Source: Eledone cirrhosa
Taxonomy: Eukaryota
NCBI GenBank assembly: GCA_964016885.1
Contig: OZ024743.1
Location: 263,252,001 to 263,316,000 of the forward strand
Length of the DNA stretch: 64,000 nucleotides
Reading direction: 5' to 3'
This document shows positions 42,020 to 55,364 of the stretch, in pieces. The notes beneath the pieces are model-generated. The model saw only the letters and a program-made list of their open reading frames with translations. It was not told the DNA's origin and made no database searches. The position numbers were made by a program, and so were the translations under genes. How positions within the stretch are numbered: position 1 is the stretch's first letter; each line of letters opens with the position of its first letter.

Positions 42020-43190
42020 AAGAATGAAAAGTAACATGGTTGGCTGTACAACAAGGGGCTTTATTTCAGGTATTGACAATTGTTTCATTGATCAGGTGAG
42101 TCTAGAGGCCGCTAATCGCTCGAAGTTGCGTCACTCGATCTCCATTACATTATTTACCTCTGACCAATTCCTCAGAATAAAAAAACATATATATGTATGT
42201 GTGGCAGCTTAAAAACACAAACCAGGAATATAGGATTAGCTGGTCAAAATTATCGGAAGCAAGGGCCTACCACAATGGGATGTCCCACTGCGGACTTTGT
42301 AATATGGAGCTATTCCATATTTTAAGGTACGATAAGATGCTGCTTAATAGCAAAATAGAAAGATCAATTTTCTGTAGGCATAAAACAGCATCAACCCCAT
42401 TAAGACAAGACAATCAGCAAAACATTTACCACACACATTTGTCAATCCTACCTTCACCATCTACCCTTAGCACTTAAATCTCATACTAGTATCTCCCAAT
42501 TAATCTCTAATTTATTGCTTTTTTCTTTTATCTGTCACTACATCAGATTCTCTACACGTATCTATGTATGTTTCGAATATGACTTTTCATGTTAGCACTA
42601 AACCCACCACGAACACTTACTCACCACCACCACTATCATATTCTGTACTTACATGCTCTCACTTATCCTTATTTCTTTATATTTTTCCATTTTCTTACTT
42701 TTTTTACGTTTTTACTGTATCTTTTTTCTTATCTTTTACTTTTTACTTCTTACATTTGTAACTTCTCTACCTATTTATCATATATATTTTATTATTGATG
42801 TTATTGTTTTGATTATACGCTATTTCTCTATATATATCTTGCCTTGAGTGAATTGTTTTTGTATTCTGAAAAATTGGTCAGAGGTAAATAATGTAATGGA
42901 GATCGAGTGACGCAACTTCGAGCGATTAGCGACCTCTAGACTCACCTGATCAATGAAACAATTGTCAATACCTGAAATAAAGCGCCTTGTTGTACAGCCA
43001 ACCATTTTACTCTTCATTCTTTCACTATTATTACTCCAAGTATAACCTACATAGGAATTACCGCGAACTCGCTGCATGACTATGGAAGCATCTTGTTGAG
43101 TTAAACAAAGCCGTACGTTAAAACTATCCACGACGCAGAGTACCCCCAACCTCTAACTGGATTACCTATAACGATAACTTGTTACCCCAT
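42016..43190 (+). mobile_element. 5'-truncated PLE: inverted pLTR, GIY-YIG tail, 3' UTR, pLTR (family H)
   Basis: 42016-42187 is the reverse complement of about 42855-43027. The peptide between them reads WQLK..ISWS..AYH..CGLCNME..LLNSK.E..CRHK. A partial third copy lies at about 58705-58952. Confidence 0.85.
42070..42179 (-). ncRNA. Type I HHR with about 70-nt stem II insertion (family H)
   Basis: tatt-CTGAGGA-attggtcag...ctgatcaat-GAAA-caattg-TC-aata. Stem III is the palindrome ACAATTGT. The plus copy at 42861-42971 has the core CTGAAAA. Confidence 0.75.
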
Positions 43191-43191
43191 A

Positions 43192-43252
<61 letters not shown>

Positions 43253-43255
43253 CTA

Positions 43256-43450
43256 TCCTTACACACTTAAATATAAATGCATAGCTATATACATATGTAA
43301 ATGTATGTATGTAGATTTATATATATATATATACGTATATATATAAATCTACATACATACATATATAAATACATACATTTACGTATGTATATAGCTATGC
43401 ATATATACATTTGTATATATACATGCATTTATATTTAAGTGTGTAAGGAT
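43256..43450. repeat. Inverted repeat centred on a (TA)n tract
   Basis: atccttacacacttaaatataaatgcat ... atgcatttatatttaagtgtgtaaggat. Confidence 0.8.
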
Positions 43451-44561
43451 GTTTACATGATTTATGTTGGGTTTTTTTTGGTAAGGAGAAAATTTTGTCT
43501 CCAGATTTTATTACCTAGGGAGATTAAATACCACAGCTCTGGCGGAAAGCTGACCAGGTTCTGAACCTCATCAAACACTAACGCCGGCCTGTGTGTGTAT
43601 ATATGTGTGTGTGTATATGTGTATGTATGTATGTACGTATGCGTGTTCACCATCATTGCTTCTTATTGTTGTCCTTTCTGTTGAAGTAGTTGTTGTAACT
43701 GTTGTAAAAGTTGACGTTGTCCTTATTTTCATTTTCTTTGATTTCTTTTGTTTTTCTTTTATCTCCCTAGGGAATTCGTTGACAAGCTTCTTTTATTTAT
43801 TTTCTTCGTTTTCTTCATTCAAATGCATTCACACTGGCTGTCTAAGAGACGTACAAATATGACTTATAAAACCTACCAAACTGAAGGGGCTTCCAGCGCC
43901 TCTCTAGCGCCCCCAAAGCTTCAAACGCCCCCCTAACACCCCCTTGCTCCAAAACTGGAGCTCCGAAACGCGGCCCGTTGAGAACCTTTGGTATAAAGAA
44001 AATTAACTGTCGCTGGAATGCTAGCACTTAAAATAACATAGATTAGCAAAATTCAATAAGCGGGAGGAGGGGGGGGGGGGGGGGGGGCAACAACGAAACA
44101 TTTCAGTATTTTGGCAGGCATATTTGCACTTATGCTGCCACTGTAACTAGCAGAGTGTGAGTTGCACCTGTTGGTTCAGTTTTACGAGCCGAAACACATC
44201 GGGTCCGGGACGAAACTACGTGCAACCTCCCCATTACAAATATACATTTTGTTAGCACTCTGAGAATCGTTGGCTCGCGTATACGTTCAAACTATTTCCT
44301 GTTGAATGAGTAAATGAGAGCAATCAAGGTATAGAAAATATTTTTCCTATGGCCCCTGTAACTATATATATATATATATATGTGAGTGTGTGTGTGTGTT
44401 TTGGACACTAGTCCTTTATCAGAAAATAGAGTTAGAAATAGAAGATAAATAGAAAGTAAAGAGTGATGAGAGGAAGGAACGGAGAAAATAAATAAAAAAA
44501 TTAAAAAACGCACGTACGTATTCAGTTGGGAAAAATCATGAAAAAGTAGGCATAATTTTAC

Positions 44562-44620
<59 letters not shown>

Positions 44621-44625
<5 letters not shown>

Positions 44626-45271
44626 AATTAGTATATCTAGTAACATATATATACACAGATGCATACGTATGTTAGCAAATATATAGGTTTTGTCTTAGTA
44701 ACTTTGTGGTTCAATGCATGGGGTTGCAGAACAATAATATGAGAGACGTAAAATAAGAAAATTATAAAATTAACTTACTTACTAAAATTTCACTCCGACT
44801 AATTAGTTTCTGAAAGGGAATAAACATACTTTCCAAAGAAGCGTACGGAGAAGCCTTTCGTCATCAGGGAAGTCTATTCTCAGCTAAGTTTCCAGGCAAT
44901 ACGTGGACACAGGGAACTTATACAAAAATAATTCAGTGGATGGAAAAAAGCAAAGCGTGGACTAAATTCCAAGCCATTGAGAAAATCACTGCCTACTGCG
45001 TCGGTGGCAAATTCAAAAGAATCAATCACGTGACATCGAGGTCAATCAGTGGAGAGTGGTTTGTTAAGAAGACAGCAGCCGGACTGTTACTATAGCAGCA
45101 GTTTTGGCCAATTTTTGCTCGACAAATAATTTGGAGATAATTATAAAGAATTAGTATATCTAGTAACATATATATACACAGATGCATACTTATGCTAGCA
45201 AATATATAGGTTTTGTCTTAGTAACTTTGTGGTTCAATGCATGGGGTTGCAGAACAATAATATGAGAGACG

Positions 45272-45274
<3 letters not shown>
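44621..45274 (-). mobile_element. About 1.25-mer of a 523-bp HHR unit between (TA)n tracts (family I)
   Basis: A 131-bp direct repeat at 44621-44751 and 45144-45274, with an HHR between the copies. Confidence 0.8.
44793..44871 (-). ncRNA. Type I HHR with enlarged stem II (family I)
   Basis: ttcc-CTGATGA-c gaaagg...cctttc a-GAAA-ctaattag-TC-ggag. Stem III is the 10-nt palindrome ACTAATTAGT, and the cleavage triplet is GUC. Confidence 0.78.
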
Positions 45275-45302
<28 letters not shown>

Positions 45303-45304
<2 letters not shown>

Positions 45305-45482
45305 TAAAATTCCGTTATAACGAATACCATTATAACGAATTTTCCAGTATAGCGAAATTTTTTTCAATCCCCGAGATTATAACACACACACGCTCGATAT
45401 GTTTCGGTCGATCCCGTTATAAAGAATTTTTCGTTACAACGAATTTTTTTTATACCTCGTGAATTTCGTCGTAATTTCACTG
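45303..45482. mobile_element. Tigger/pogo-like MITE
   Basis: Ends ...aatttcactg|TA and carries repeated gttataacgaa subterminal motifs in both orientations. Confidence 0.55.
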
Positions 45483-46028
45483 TATATATATATATATATA
45501 TATATATGAAAAACAAGGGGAAGAAGAATACTGCATGATTGCACATGGATTACATATTATAAAATTAGTCCCTCATCAGTGATTTTGCCAACCATCATTG
45601 GTATTTCATCGCATTAAAAATCAGATATCTCAGGTTGGTGCGAGCAATAACTAAAATAAGCTATTGGGACAAGTGAAACGCGTAAAGCGAGTGAGACAAG
45701 TAAACAACAGAAGGAAAAGCAAACCGAAGGTTGGAAAACAGCAAGTTACATTGTAGTTATCCGATCAGCATAAGCTGGGTGAATTTCATGAGCGGTCAGA
45801 GAAGCAGACCGTACGCCGTGAGTGCGGTGTGAGAAATAAGGAACCCCACTAGTAGCGAACGGGAGGAAGTGAGAAGGGGAGAAACAGAGAGTGGGTGAGT
45901 GGAAGTGCGAGGAAGAGGTCAGTCGAGAGAAAAAGTGTAACTGACAGAGAGGGTGAAAGAAGGTAAGAGAAACAGAGAGAACGGGGGAGCAGTAAGAGAG
46001 AAAGAGAGAAACAGATAATCGCAGTTTA

Positions 46029-46079
<51 letters not shown>

Positions 46080-48446
46080 TTAGTCCTTCATCAGTGATCT
46101 TCCAACCTTCATTGCTATTTCATCGCTTTAAAGACCATATACCTCCGGTTGGTGCGAGTAACGGCTAAAGAAAGTCGTTGGGACACGTAAATAGGGGGAA
46201 CGAGCGAGACTGTAAACAATCAACGATGGTAATGCAACGAAACGTGAGGAAGAAGGAGTCAAGTCCCAGAAATCTATGAATATAAGTTCTGTGAAATCGT
46301 GGACGAGAGAGAATAAAGACCATCAAACCTAGTCGAAATGTGAGCAAGGAAAGAATTTCGCACAGGTCAAACGGGAGGAAGAAGGAGTCTAGTCCCTGAA
46401 TTCGGTGAACATAAGTTCTGTGAAATCGTAGACAAGAGAGAAAAAAAGAAACAACCAACCTGGTCAAAGTGTGCGCGAGGAAAGAGTTTCGCACAGGTCA
46501 AACGGGAGGAAGTAGGAGAGGGAGTAGCAGAGAGTGAGTGAGTGAAGGGTGAGGAAAAGGCTAACAGAGAGAGTGACTGTTAGAGGGGGTAAAGGGAAGT
46601 GAGAGATACAGAGAAAGAAGAAGCAGTAAGAATGAAAAAGACGGGTCACAGCGGAGGTAAATATATATGTGTGAATATGAAAACAAGACGTGCTGCGTGG
46701 TTGCAAATGGGCTACATATGAATAAATTTAGTCCTTCATATATATATACGGATAGGAACAACAACAATAACAAGAATAAAGTATGAATCCCAATGCAGCC
46801 CGAAGATTGATATATAGACAGATGGATACGTAGGTAGAAAAAAGTCCTCGTAATTTAATAGATATATGTTTAATAATGATTAAAGACTATATAGAATTAA
46901 ATTATCGCAGTTGATTTAAATGAATGTAAAATGAAATACAGCGGGAGAGACAAAAGGAAACTTGTGGATTGAAGTATCTTTACGTAAAATGTGGCAATCA
47001 TGGAAATATTTAATAAACCTAGTCATTATTTGCCGGGTACTGTGCTTGAATATATATTAGTGCATTGACTATGGTTATTTGCTGCAAACGAATCTGGTCC
47101 CGTATTTATAAACTGAACACGATAAAAAGAAAGGATAGGAAATACACGACCCAGTACTATGGTGATATGTAATTTAAAAGGGGAATGGTCAAAGTGGGAG
47201 GAATTGAAGTGATACTTGATGGTGTTACTTCGACCTTTAAATAACATCAACTGAGAGATCTATTGTATTAGATTTGTTGTTTAGATAGTACATGGATTTA
47301 GGAGTAGCTATATTCTTTATTTGTCTGCGTGCGTGCGTGAATGTGTTTGTTTATTCAGATATATGTAGGCTTTCAAAAGTGTGAAAATGATGTTTTCTTA
47401 TTTGACAGAATGCACATAGATTTTGAGAGCAGGTAAAAAAATTTGAATAATAAAGGAACAACATTTATGGGCAAAACGTGAAATATGAGGCATAAGAAGT
47501 ACAAAAATATAATTATGAAATTAAAGTGTTTATAAAACTAAAACAAAATGTAATAAATCGAAAAACAAAACAAAAAAACAACAACAAACAAAACAAAGGG
47601 CAGAGGAACTAAGCAGAGTCAACGGCCAACCAAATACTACTAGTACTTTTTTTTTCACCTGGGACTGAAAGGCCCCTAGTTGTTGTCACAAGGAAAAAAA
47701 AAACCTGCGTCTTCAGAAGCATCCGTTGATGTTGACCTTTCGGGTAGCGTTTTCGATGCTCAGAGAGTGGGATTGGTCGAGTGTAAGGCCTTTACCGACT
47801 TAAAAAACCCTGCAAAGCACAGGTATTTCTTGTTCGATAATCTGACAAATGATTGCAATACTCTTAACAGAGTTTGCAGCCATCATGTACCTTTAACTGC
47901 TGATGGAGTCGTGGATGTTCCATAGTAACATTTAGCATTTCTTGGGCATTTTTTAATAGCCAATTTCTCCCAGAGACACAAAGTGAGAGTGATAGAAAGA
48001 GGGTGAGTGATAGAGAGAAAGTGAGAAAGATAGACAGAGGCAGAGTGATAGAGAGAAGAAGTGAGAGTGGTAGAGATAGAAAGTGAGAAAGAGATATAAA
48101 AGAAGAATCGGCCTCAATACTTGAGGGCCAAAACGAATACTCCAAAGCAGTCAGTCCGACGTTCTAATAACTCTGACAATTCGCTGCACATGAGTTTAAA
48201 AAAGGGGGAAGGGACGGATAGTCACATCGGATCAAGAAAACTTTTTTCCATTGATCTTTCGATTCATTTTGTAATACTATTTGCAAGACGAAACAGTTGC
48301 CAGTAATTCAGAGATGCTATTCTATAGTTAACCAGTGTGAATATTATTTTAATTGATATAAGTACTTATCAAGTACTGGAGTCGATATAAACGACATTCC
48401 CCGAACCCATAAATTACTGGCCATGTCCCTAAATTAGAAATCAAAC

Positions 48447-48634
48447 TAATAATTGTTTCTACTTTAGGCACAAGGCCAGCAATTACCCAGTGCATTACTG
48501 GTACTTTATTTTATCGACCCCGTAAGGATGAAAGGCAAAGTCAACCTCGGCGGGATTTGAACTCAGATCGTAAAGGAACGTAACTATGCTGGAAAGCATG
48601 GCGTCCGACCCTCTACCGATACTGCCAATCCACC
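48447..48634 (-). mobile_element. tRNA-SINE within a SINE cluster (further copies at about 48340-48445, 48645-48860 and 48872-49090)
   Basis: Complete A/B boxes and core. The target duplication is caaactaataat. Confidence 0.85.
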
Positions 48635-49304
48635 AAACTAATAATGGTTTCTGATTTAGGCAAAAGCGTTAGTGAACATGCTTTGCGGCATATAGTTATG
48701 GCCCTTTATGTTCTGATTTCAGATCCCGCTGAGGTTAGTTATGCCTTTCATCCTTGCGGGCTCGATAAAATAAAGTACCTGTAACACTGGTGTCGATTTA
48801 ATCGACTTTCCCCTCCCCTTCAAATTGCTGGTCTTGTGCCTAAAGTAGAACAATTATTTAGTGCTATTAGGGCGCTAGATTGGTAGTATCGATAGAACGC
48901 TGGACACCATGCTTTGCAGCATAGAGTTACGGCCCTATACGTTCTGAGTTAAAATCCCGCCGAGGTTAGCTTTGCCTTTCATCCTTACGGGGTCGATAAA
49001 TAAAGCACCAGTAATGCATTGGGGTCGATTTAATCGCCCCCCCCCCCCAAAAAAAAAATTGCTGGCCTTGTGTCTGAAGTAGAGACAATTACTTATTGTT
49101 TTTTCTTCATTGTTATTGCTGGTTTCCTATTTTTATTCAATGCAAATACGTCAGTTTTTGTTTCATATTTGTACATGTCTCCTTTGGCCAATATGACAAA
49201 TCCGTATTGTTGTCATGAATAGAAACACCATTCTTTAAATGGATTCCTGCTTGATTGTATGATGTAGAAATACGTGTATGTGATGTACGTGTGTGTTTTA
49301 CGTA

Positions 49305-49347
<43 letters not shown>

Positions 49348-49384
49348 CATACACACACACACATATATATACATATATATACAG

Positions 49385-49548
<164 letters not shown>

Positions 49549-49639
49549 ATAAGGAAAGAGTTATTTAATTTGTTGGTTATTCAACAAATTTATTTATAAC
49601 AGATTCAAAGCACTCTACATGTTTCTTCTGGAGTATAAT

Positions 49640-50020
49640 ATCAATAATATTAATAAATGGAAACTATCTTTATAAAACCATATTTATTTTATTATATATA
49701 TTTCAAGGGTACCACAATTTTGACACGCCCTCATCAGATAAAATACAAAAGTTGTTTTACAGGTAGTGACATATTCAAAAACAAGTTCTGTTTGAATAGA
49801 ACTTAAAACAATAAGTTCTTGTTTTTGAATATGTCACTATCTGTAAAACACTTTTGTATTTTATCTGATGAGACCGTGCCAAAATTGTGGTACCCTTGAA
49901 ATATATATAATAAAATAAATATGGTTTTATAAAGATAGTTTCCATTTATTAATATTATTGATATATATGAAATATATATAATAAAATAAATATGGTTTTA
50001 TAAATATAGTTTCCATTTAT
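49640..50020. mobile_element. Fold-back element with two intact-core HHRs (family G)
   Basis: Arms at about 49642-49789 and 49813-49960. HHRs lie at 49685-49745 (-) and 49857-49917 (+): tattttat-CTGATGA-stem II-GAAA-tatata-TA-ataaaata. Confidence 0.85.
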
Positions 50021-50163
50021 TGAATTTATATCCTGATTCTCTTTTGAGATGAGTTTGAGTTATTTTTCCTAAATCTTTCGTTAACTACTTTTCCCATCTT
50101 GACATTATAGTCGCATATATGTTATAGAATGCCGTTAGCTTCTTGCTAAAACAATCTCTATAC

Positions 50164-50845
<682 letters not shown>

Positions 50846-50866
50846 TTATATATATATATATATATA

Positions 50867-51628
50867 TCATCATTCTTCAACTACTGTCTAGATGATGGAT
50901 CTCACTCTCATGCCCCAGAATTCCCTGTCCCCCATCGCTGCCCCCAGGTCCCGTCTACTGAATCCCGTATCCCTAGAGATCATTATGATCAGAAACAGGA
51001 CCCAGGAAAGCAGGGGCTGGACCTATATCAACAGGTATACCATATAGTGTGGTTCCCTGAGGAACAGGAACCCTGGTGCAGTTAGTTGCGAAATACATCA
51101 TCTTTTCAAATAGCTAATAATGTGTGTGGGCGCCACTACTACACACATGTGAAAGAATTTGACAGCCAAGTCTTGAAGAAGGTGCTTTCTCCTCCGTGTG
51201 GTGGGTTACCCGGCGCCAGATACCCACCTGGCATTTATACCCTCGCCCTAATTGTTCGTGTTGCAAGCACTAGAGTAGTCGCTAACCAAAGCTACGGACC
51301 CACTCTATCCGTCTGGAGATACGTTGTACTAGCTTACCAACATACTAGTAGCAGGAAGTAACGTCAGGGAATGTGACTTTTCCGGCACTGCAGCGCCTTT
51401 CGGCGGGCCGTGCTGGTTTTGGATGGCCATTGACTCCAACAGCTCTAAGAGCTCCCAGGAGTTCCTTTGCCCTTTGACAGGCTTTGTTTTTAGTCCTGCA
51501 GGATGTCCAAAGTCACCCTCCTCACCAAGAAATCTTGGTGGGGTTGCCAGTTTAGTCGCCAACGACCCGACCATGAGACAGGTTGTACTGGGATACATGT
51601 TACCGGTAGCACCAACTGGTGACCTGAC

Positions 51629-51630
<2 letters not shown>
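50867..51630 (-). mobile_element. Probable non-autonomous RTE derivative (5' UTR-like region joined to a short 3' end)
   Basis: The 3' peptide ISRDTGFSRRDLGAAMGDREFW resembles RTE C-termini (compare 40316-40450). There is a short gatgat tail, (TA)n on both sides and no RT. Confidence 0.5.
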
Positions 51631-51685
<55 letters not shown>

Positions 51686-51688
<3 letters not shown>

Positions 51689-52058
51689 GAAAATTGAACG
51701 GAAATAAAACAGAGAGGCAGTACAAACAAAGGTTTATTAATTTCACGCCCTTGAGAGTGGGGTGGTGGTGGGGAACGACGTTTCGGGCATAAGCCCTTCT
51801 TCAGGTGAAAAGTGTGTGGGAAGAGAGTTCAAAGGGTGTGTAGAGGAGTGGTGGAGAGACATATAGCAAAAAGGGGGTGAGAGGAAACGGTGCAAATGAA
51901 ATTAAAAATAAAGGCATGATCAAAATAAAATTAAAATAGGGTAAAACAGGTGGTGGAAGGGTGTGGGGCATGTAGGGGTGGTGACGCGTGGAGTGGGGAG
52001 AGGGAGAAGGGGTGTCCGAGCGGGGAGGGCTGAAGGTGGTGTGTGTGTGTAGGTGTAC

Positions 52059-52091
<33 letters not shown>

Positions 52092-55000
52092 AAAGCAAGG
52101 GTTGGGGGAAGAACGGGGTTGCATGTTCAGGAAGAGGTGTGTGTGGGGTGGGGTGTAGGTCGGAGTGTGTGTACGTGTGTGGATAGAGGGGTGGGGGGAG
52201 AGGATTCCGGAGGCTGAATGTGTAAATATGTGGTGGCACGCACGTGTGTGTGTGGTGTTTATGCGTGTTGTGGATGTAGGTGGCGTGTGGGGGAAAAAAT
52301 GTTGGGTGTGTGTGTGTGGTGTGAGTCATAAAGGTAATTCTGTAAAAAGAAGTGGTGGAATGCTGAGTAAAATCCTGGGATGCGGTAGATTCTCGGGATC
52401 AAGGTTCACATATGTGTAATCCGTGAAGAGATTGGTCGAAAGAGGGGAGATGTGGGGTGCGCGCGCAACAGGAAGTGGTCAGAGGGTCAAGGCAGGAGGA
52501 GTGTTGTGTGTCTGTGTGTGCGGGGAGGTGGTCAGAGGGCATAACAGCAGTAGGGTAGAATGGTAAGTGAAGGTGTGTCAGTGTGTGCGGTGGACAGGGG
52601 AGAGGATGGGTAGGTGTGAAAGTTGGAGTGAGAGGGGGTGTGTGTGTATTAGTAGAGGCGTTAGTGGGATGAGTGAGTGTTTGAGAAAGGGTGTGGGTGG
52701 AGCGGGGAGAGAAGGGTCTGGGGGGCCGATGGAGGGAGTGTAGTGTACTGGTGTGTGTGTGTGGTGAAGGGGGTGTTAGTGGGTGTTAGTATACAGGAGG
52801 TGGAGAAAGGGTTGAATGCTGGTGTGAGTGGGGGTCAGTGGTGGTAGGGTGTGTAGAGTGGGTGGTGTAAGAGGGTGTGTGTGTACGTGTGCGTAGGGTT
52901 TGGGGTGTTAGTGATGTTAGTTGCGTGTAGGGTGGGTGGTGTAAGTGGGTGTGTGTGTTCGTGTGCTTGGGGTCAGGGGGTGTTAGTGATGTTAGTTGCG
53001 GGGTGGTGGGGTGGATGTGTGGGGGTGAGGGTTAGTGGTGGTAGTAGGCTGTGTGTTTAGTGTGAGCGCGTGTATATATGTACCGGTGGGTGTGTGTGTG
53101 TGATAAGGAGGGGGGGAGAAGAAGGGAGAGATGTTAGTATGTTAGTTGGGGAAGGGTGGTCGGATGTGCGGTGGAAGTGTTAGTATTGTTAGTTGTGGGG
53201 TGGGCGGTGAAAAGGAGGGGTGTGTTAGTGGGGGATATGTGTGGGGGATATGTGTAGGGGGGGGGGGGGGCGGTTGAAGGCTAAAGGAATAAGGGTGGGG
53301 AGTTCAGGCCGGGGGGAGTGTGGGTCTGTAAGATGAAGATGGTTCGTTGTTCGACTCTTAGGAGATTGGTGGGTGTTCCGTGGCATTGGAGTAGGCCACA
53401 GACTGTGAGATGATGTGCGGAATGTCCAGGGGCACCAAAGTGGCGGGCGATGGGGGAACTACCACCGAGACGAATATCCCGGAGGTGCTCAGTAAATCTG
53501 TCCGCCAGGCGACGTCCAGTCTGTCCGACGTAAGACGCGCTGAACGGAGTGCAGCGAAGTACGTAGACTAGGTTGGAGGAGGTGCAGCGGAAGGCATGCC
53601 GGACAGAGAGAGAGTGGCCGTTGGGACCCTGGAAGGTGGTGGTGTTGGTGATGTGGGGACAGGTGTTGCAGCAGGGCCTAGAACAGGGAAAGGAACCGGG
53701 GGGGGGAGTAGGGAGCTGTGGACGAGGAGGGTGCGGAGATTGCGTGCGCGTTTGAAGGAGGGGAGTGGTGGGGCTGGGAAGATGTGGGAGGTGGAGGGGT
53801 CGGACTGGAGGCGTCGGAAGAGGTGGAGGATGGTGCGGTGGAGGGGTATGGTGGAGGGGTGGTAGGTGATGGGGAAGGAGAGACGGTGGGTGGGTGTGCG
53901 GTGGCGTGGGGTGAGGGTGATGGAGCGGTGGACAGCACGGGCGCGGGTGAGAGCGGTGTGGACGAGAGAAGGGGTAACCTCTGCGGATGAAATGGCTGAC
54001 TAGGGAAAAGGCCTGGGTCTCAAAGTCGGCATCTCGGCTACAGAGGCGGTGGATCCTGAGGAGTTGGGAGTAGGGAATAGAGTGTTTAGTGTATGTGGGG
54101 TGGGAAGAGGTGAAGTCGAGGTAGGAGTGGGAGTCGGTGGGTTTGAAGAAGGCGGAGGTGACGAGGGAGTGGTGGGAGGGGTCGAAGGCGACGGAGATGT
54201 CTAAGAAGTGGACGTGAGTGGTGGAGATAGAGGTGGTGAAGTGAAGGGAGGGGTGGAAGGAGCAGAAGAAGGAGAGAAAGGAGTCGAGCTATTCTCGGGT
54301 AAGGGTCGTGGCTCCGATACAGTCGTCGATGTAACGACCGTACAGTTCGGGCGTGGGGCCGGTGTACTGGGCAAAGATTTGGGCCTCAACATGGCCAACA
54401 AAAAGGTTGGCATAGTTTGGGCCCATTCTTGTACCCATGGCTACCCCCGTGACCTGTTGGTAAAACTCACCCGAGAAGGAGAAACAGTTGAGGGTGAGGA
54501 CCAGCTCGGCGAGGCGAAGGAGAGTGGGGGTGGAGGGAATGGGGGAGGGGCGAAGGTCGAGGTAGTGTTTGAGGGCGCGTAGGCCGTCGGCGTGGGGGAT
54601 GACGGTATAGAGGGACTTGATGTCTAGGGTGAAGAGGAAGGGCTGTGGGCTGGGTGGGTAGGTGAAGGATTCGAAAAGGCGCAGGGCGTGGTTGGTGTCG
54701 GAGATGTGGGAGGGGAGGCTGGTGACAAGGGGTCGAGGATGGAGTCGAGAAAGGCGGAGATGAGTTCGGTGGGGCAGTTGCAAGCGGAGACGATGGGGCG
54801 GCCGGGGTTTTCGGGTTTGTGGAGTTTGGGGAAGAAGTAGATGATGGGGGTGCGGGGGGATGAGCTGGGAAGCGTTGGGGGGGGGAGGATAACAGACAAG
54901 GTGTTGGATGGTGGAGGAAACTTGTTGTTGGTAGAGGGGTGTGGGATCGGAGGGTAGAGGGCGGTAGAAGAGGGGGTTATGGAGCTGCGTGAGGGGTTCT

Positions 55001-55168
55001 GCCGTGTAGAGGTCTGCGCGCCACACCACCACGGCGCCTCCCTTGTCCGCCTGTTTGATGACGATGTCATCTCGGCTACGGAGGGAGCAGAGAGCGAGGA
55101 GTTCGCCCCGTGTGATGTCATTCCGTTTGGAACGGCGGCGGAAGTCGAAACGATTTACGGCGCTACGG
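51686..55168 (-). mobile_element. Penelope/Poseidon-type PLE, 5'-truncated and frameshifted
   Basis: ADKGGAVVVW, PGRPIVSACNCPTELIS, LDIKSLYT, GVAMGTRMGPNYANLFVG, RYIDD and GIY-YIG CTSSNLVY..YVGQTGRRLADRFTEH, with a stop near 53281. A long C-rich 3' UTR carries an HHR. Confidence 0.92.
51774..51807 (-). ncRNA. Minimal PLE-type HHR
   Basis: cac-CTGAAGA-a gggc ttat gccc-GAAA-cg-TC-gtt. Stem III is the palindrome ACGT, and stem I is very short. Confidence 0.7.
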
Positions 55169-55247
55169 AACGAAGGAGGTGTGGTAAGGAACTAAATGGA
55201 CCGTAACGCACCAGAGTACTCAATACTTTGGGTAGTAGAGTGGGTAA

Positions 55248-55361
55248 TAGGAAAAAGTTTAACCCCGACGGCAGAGCTCAAGCAATTTCGATGGCTATTT
55301 CTGGAGTCCAGAAATAGCCGTCGAAACGGCTTGAGCTCTGCCGTCGGGGTTAAACTTTTTC

Positions 55362-55364
<3 letters not shown>
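55248..55364. repeat. Terminal hairpin of about 57-bp arms
   Basis: ggaaaaagtttaaccccgacggcagagctcaagc...gcttgagctctgccgtcggggttaaactttttcc. Confidence 0.9.

Noticed and set aside
51541-51630. HDV-like ribozyme at the 5' end of the RTE derivative (minus strand ccagt...gg-gtcg ttgg cgac-taa-actgg)
   Set aside because: P2-, P4- and J4/2-like parts are present, but P1 and P3 do not pair convincingly by eye. It would need a family consensus and a covariance search.
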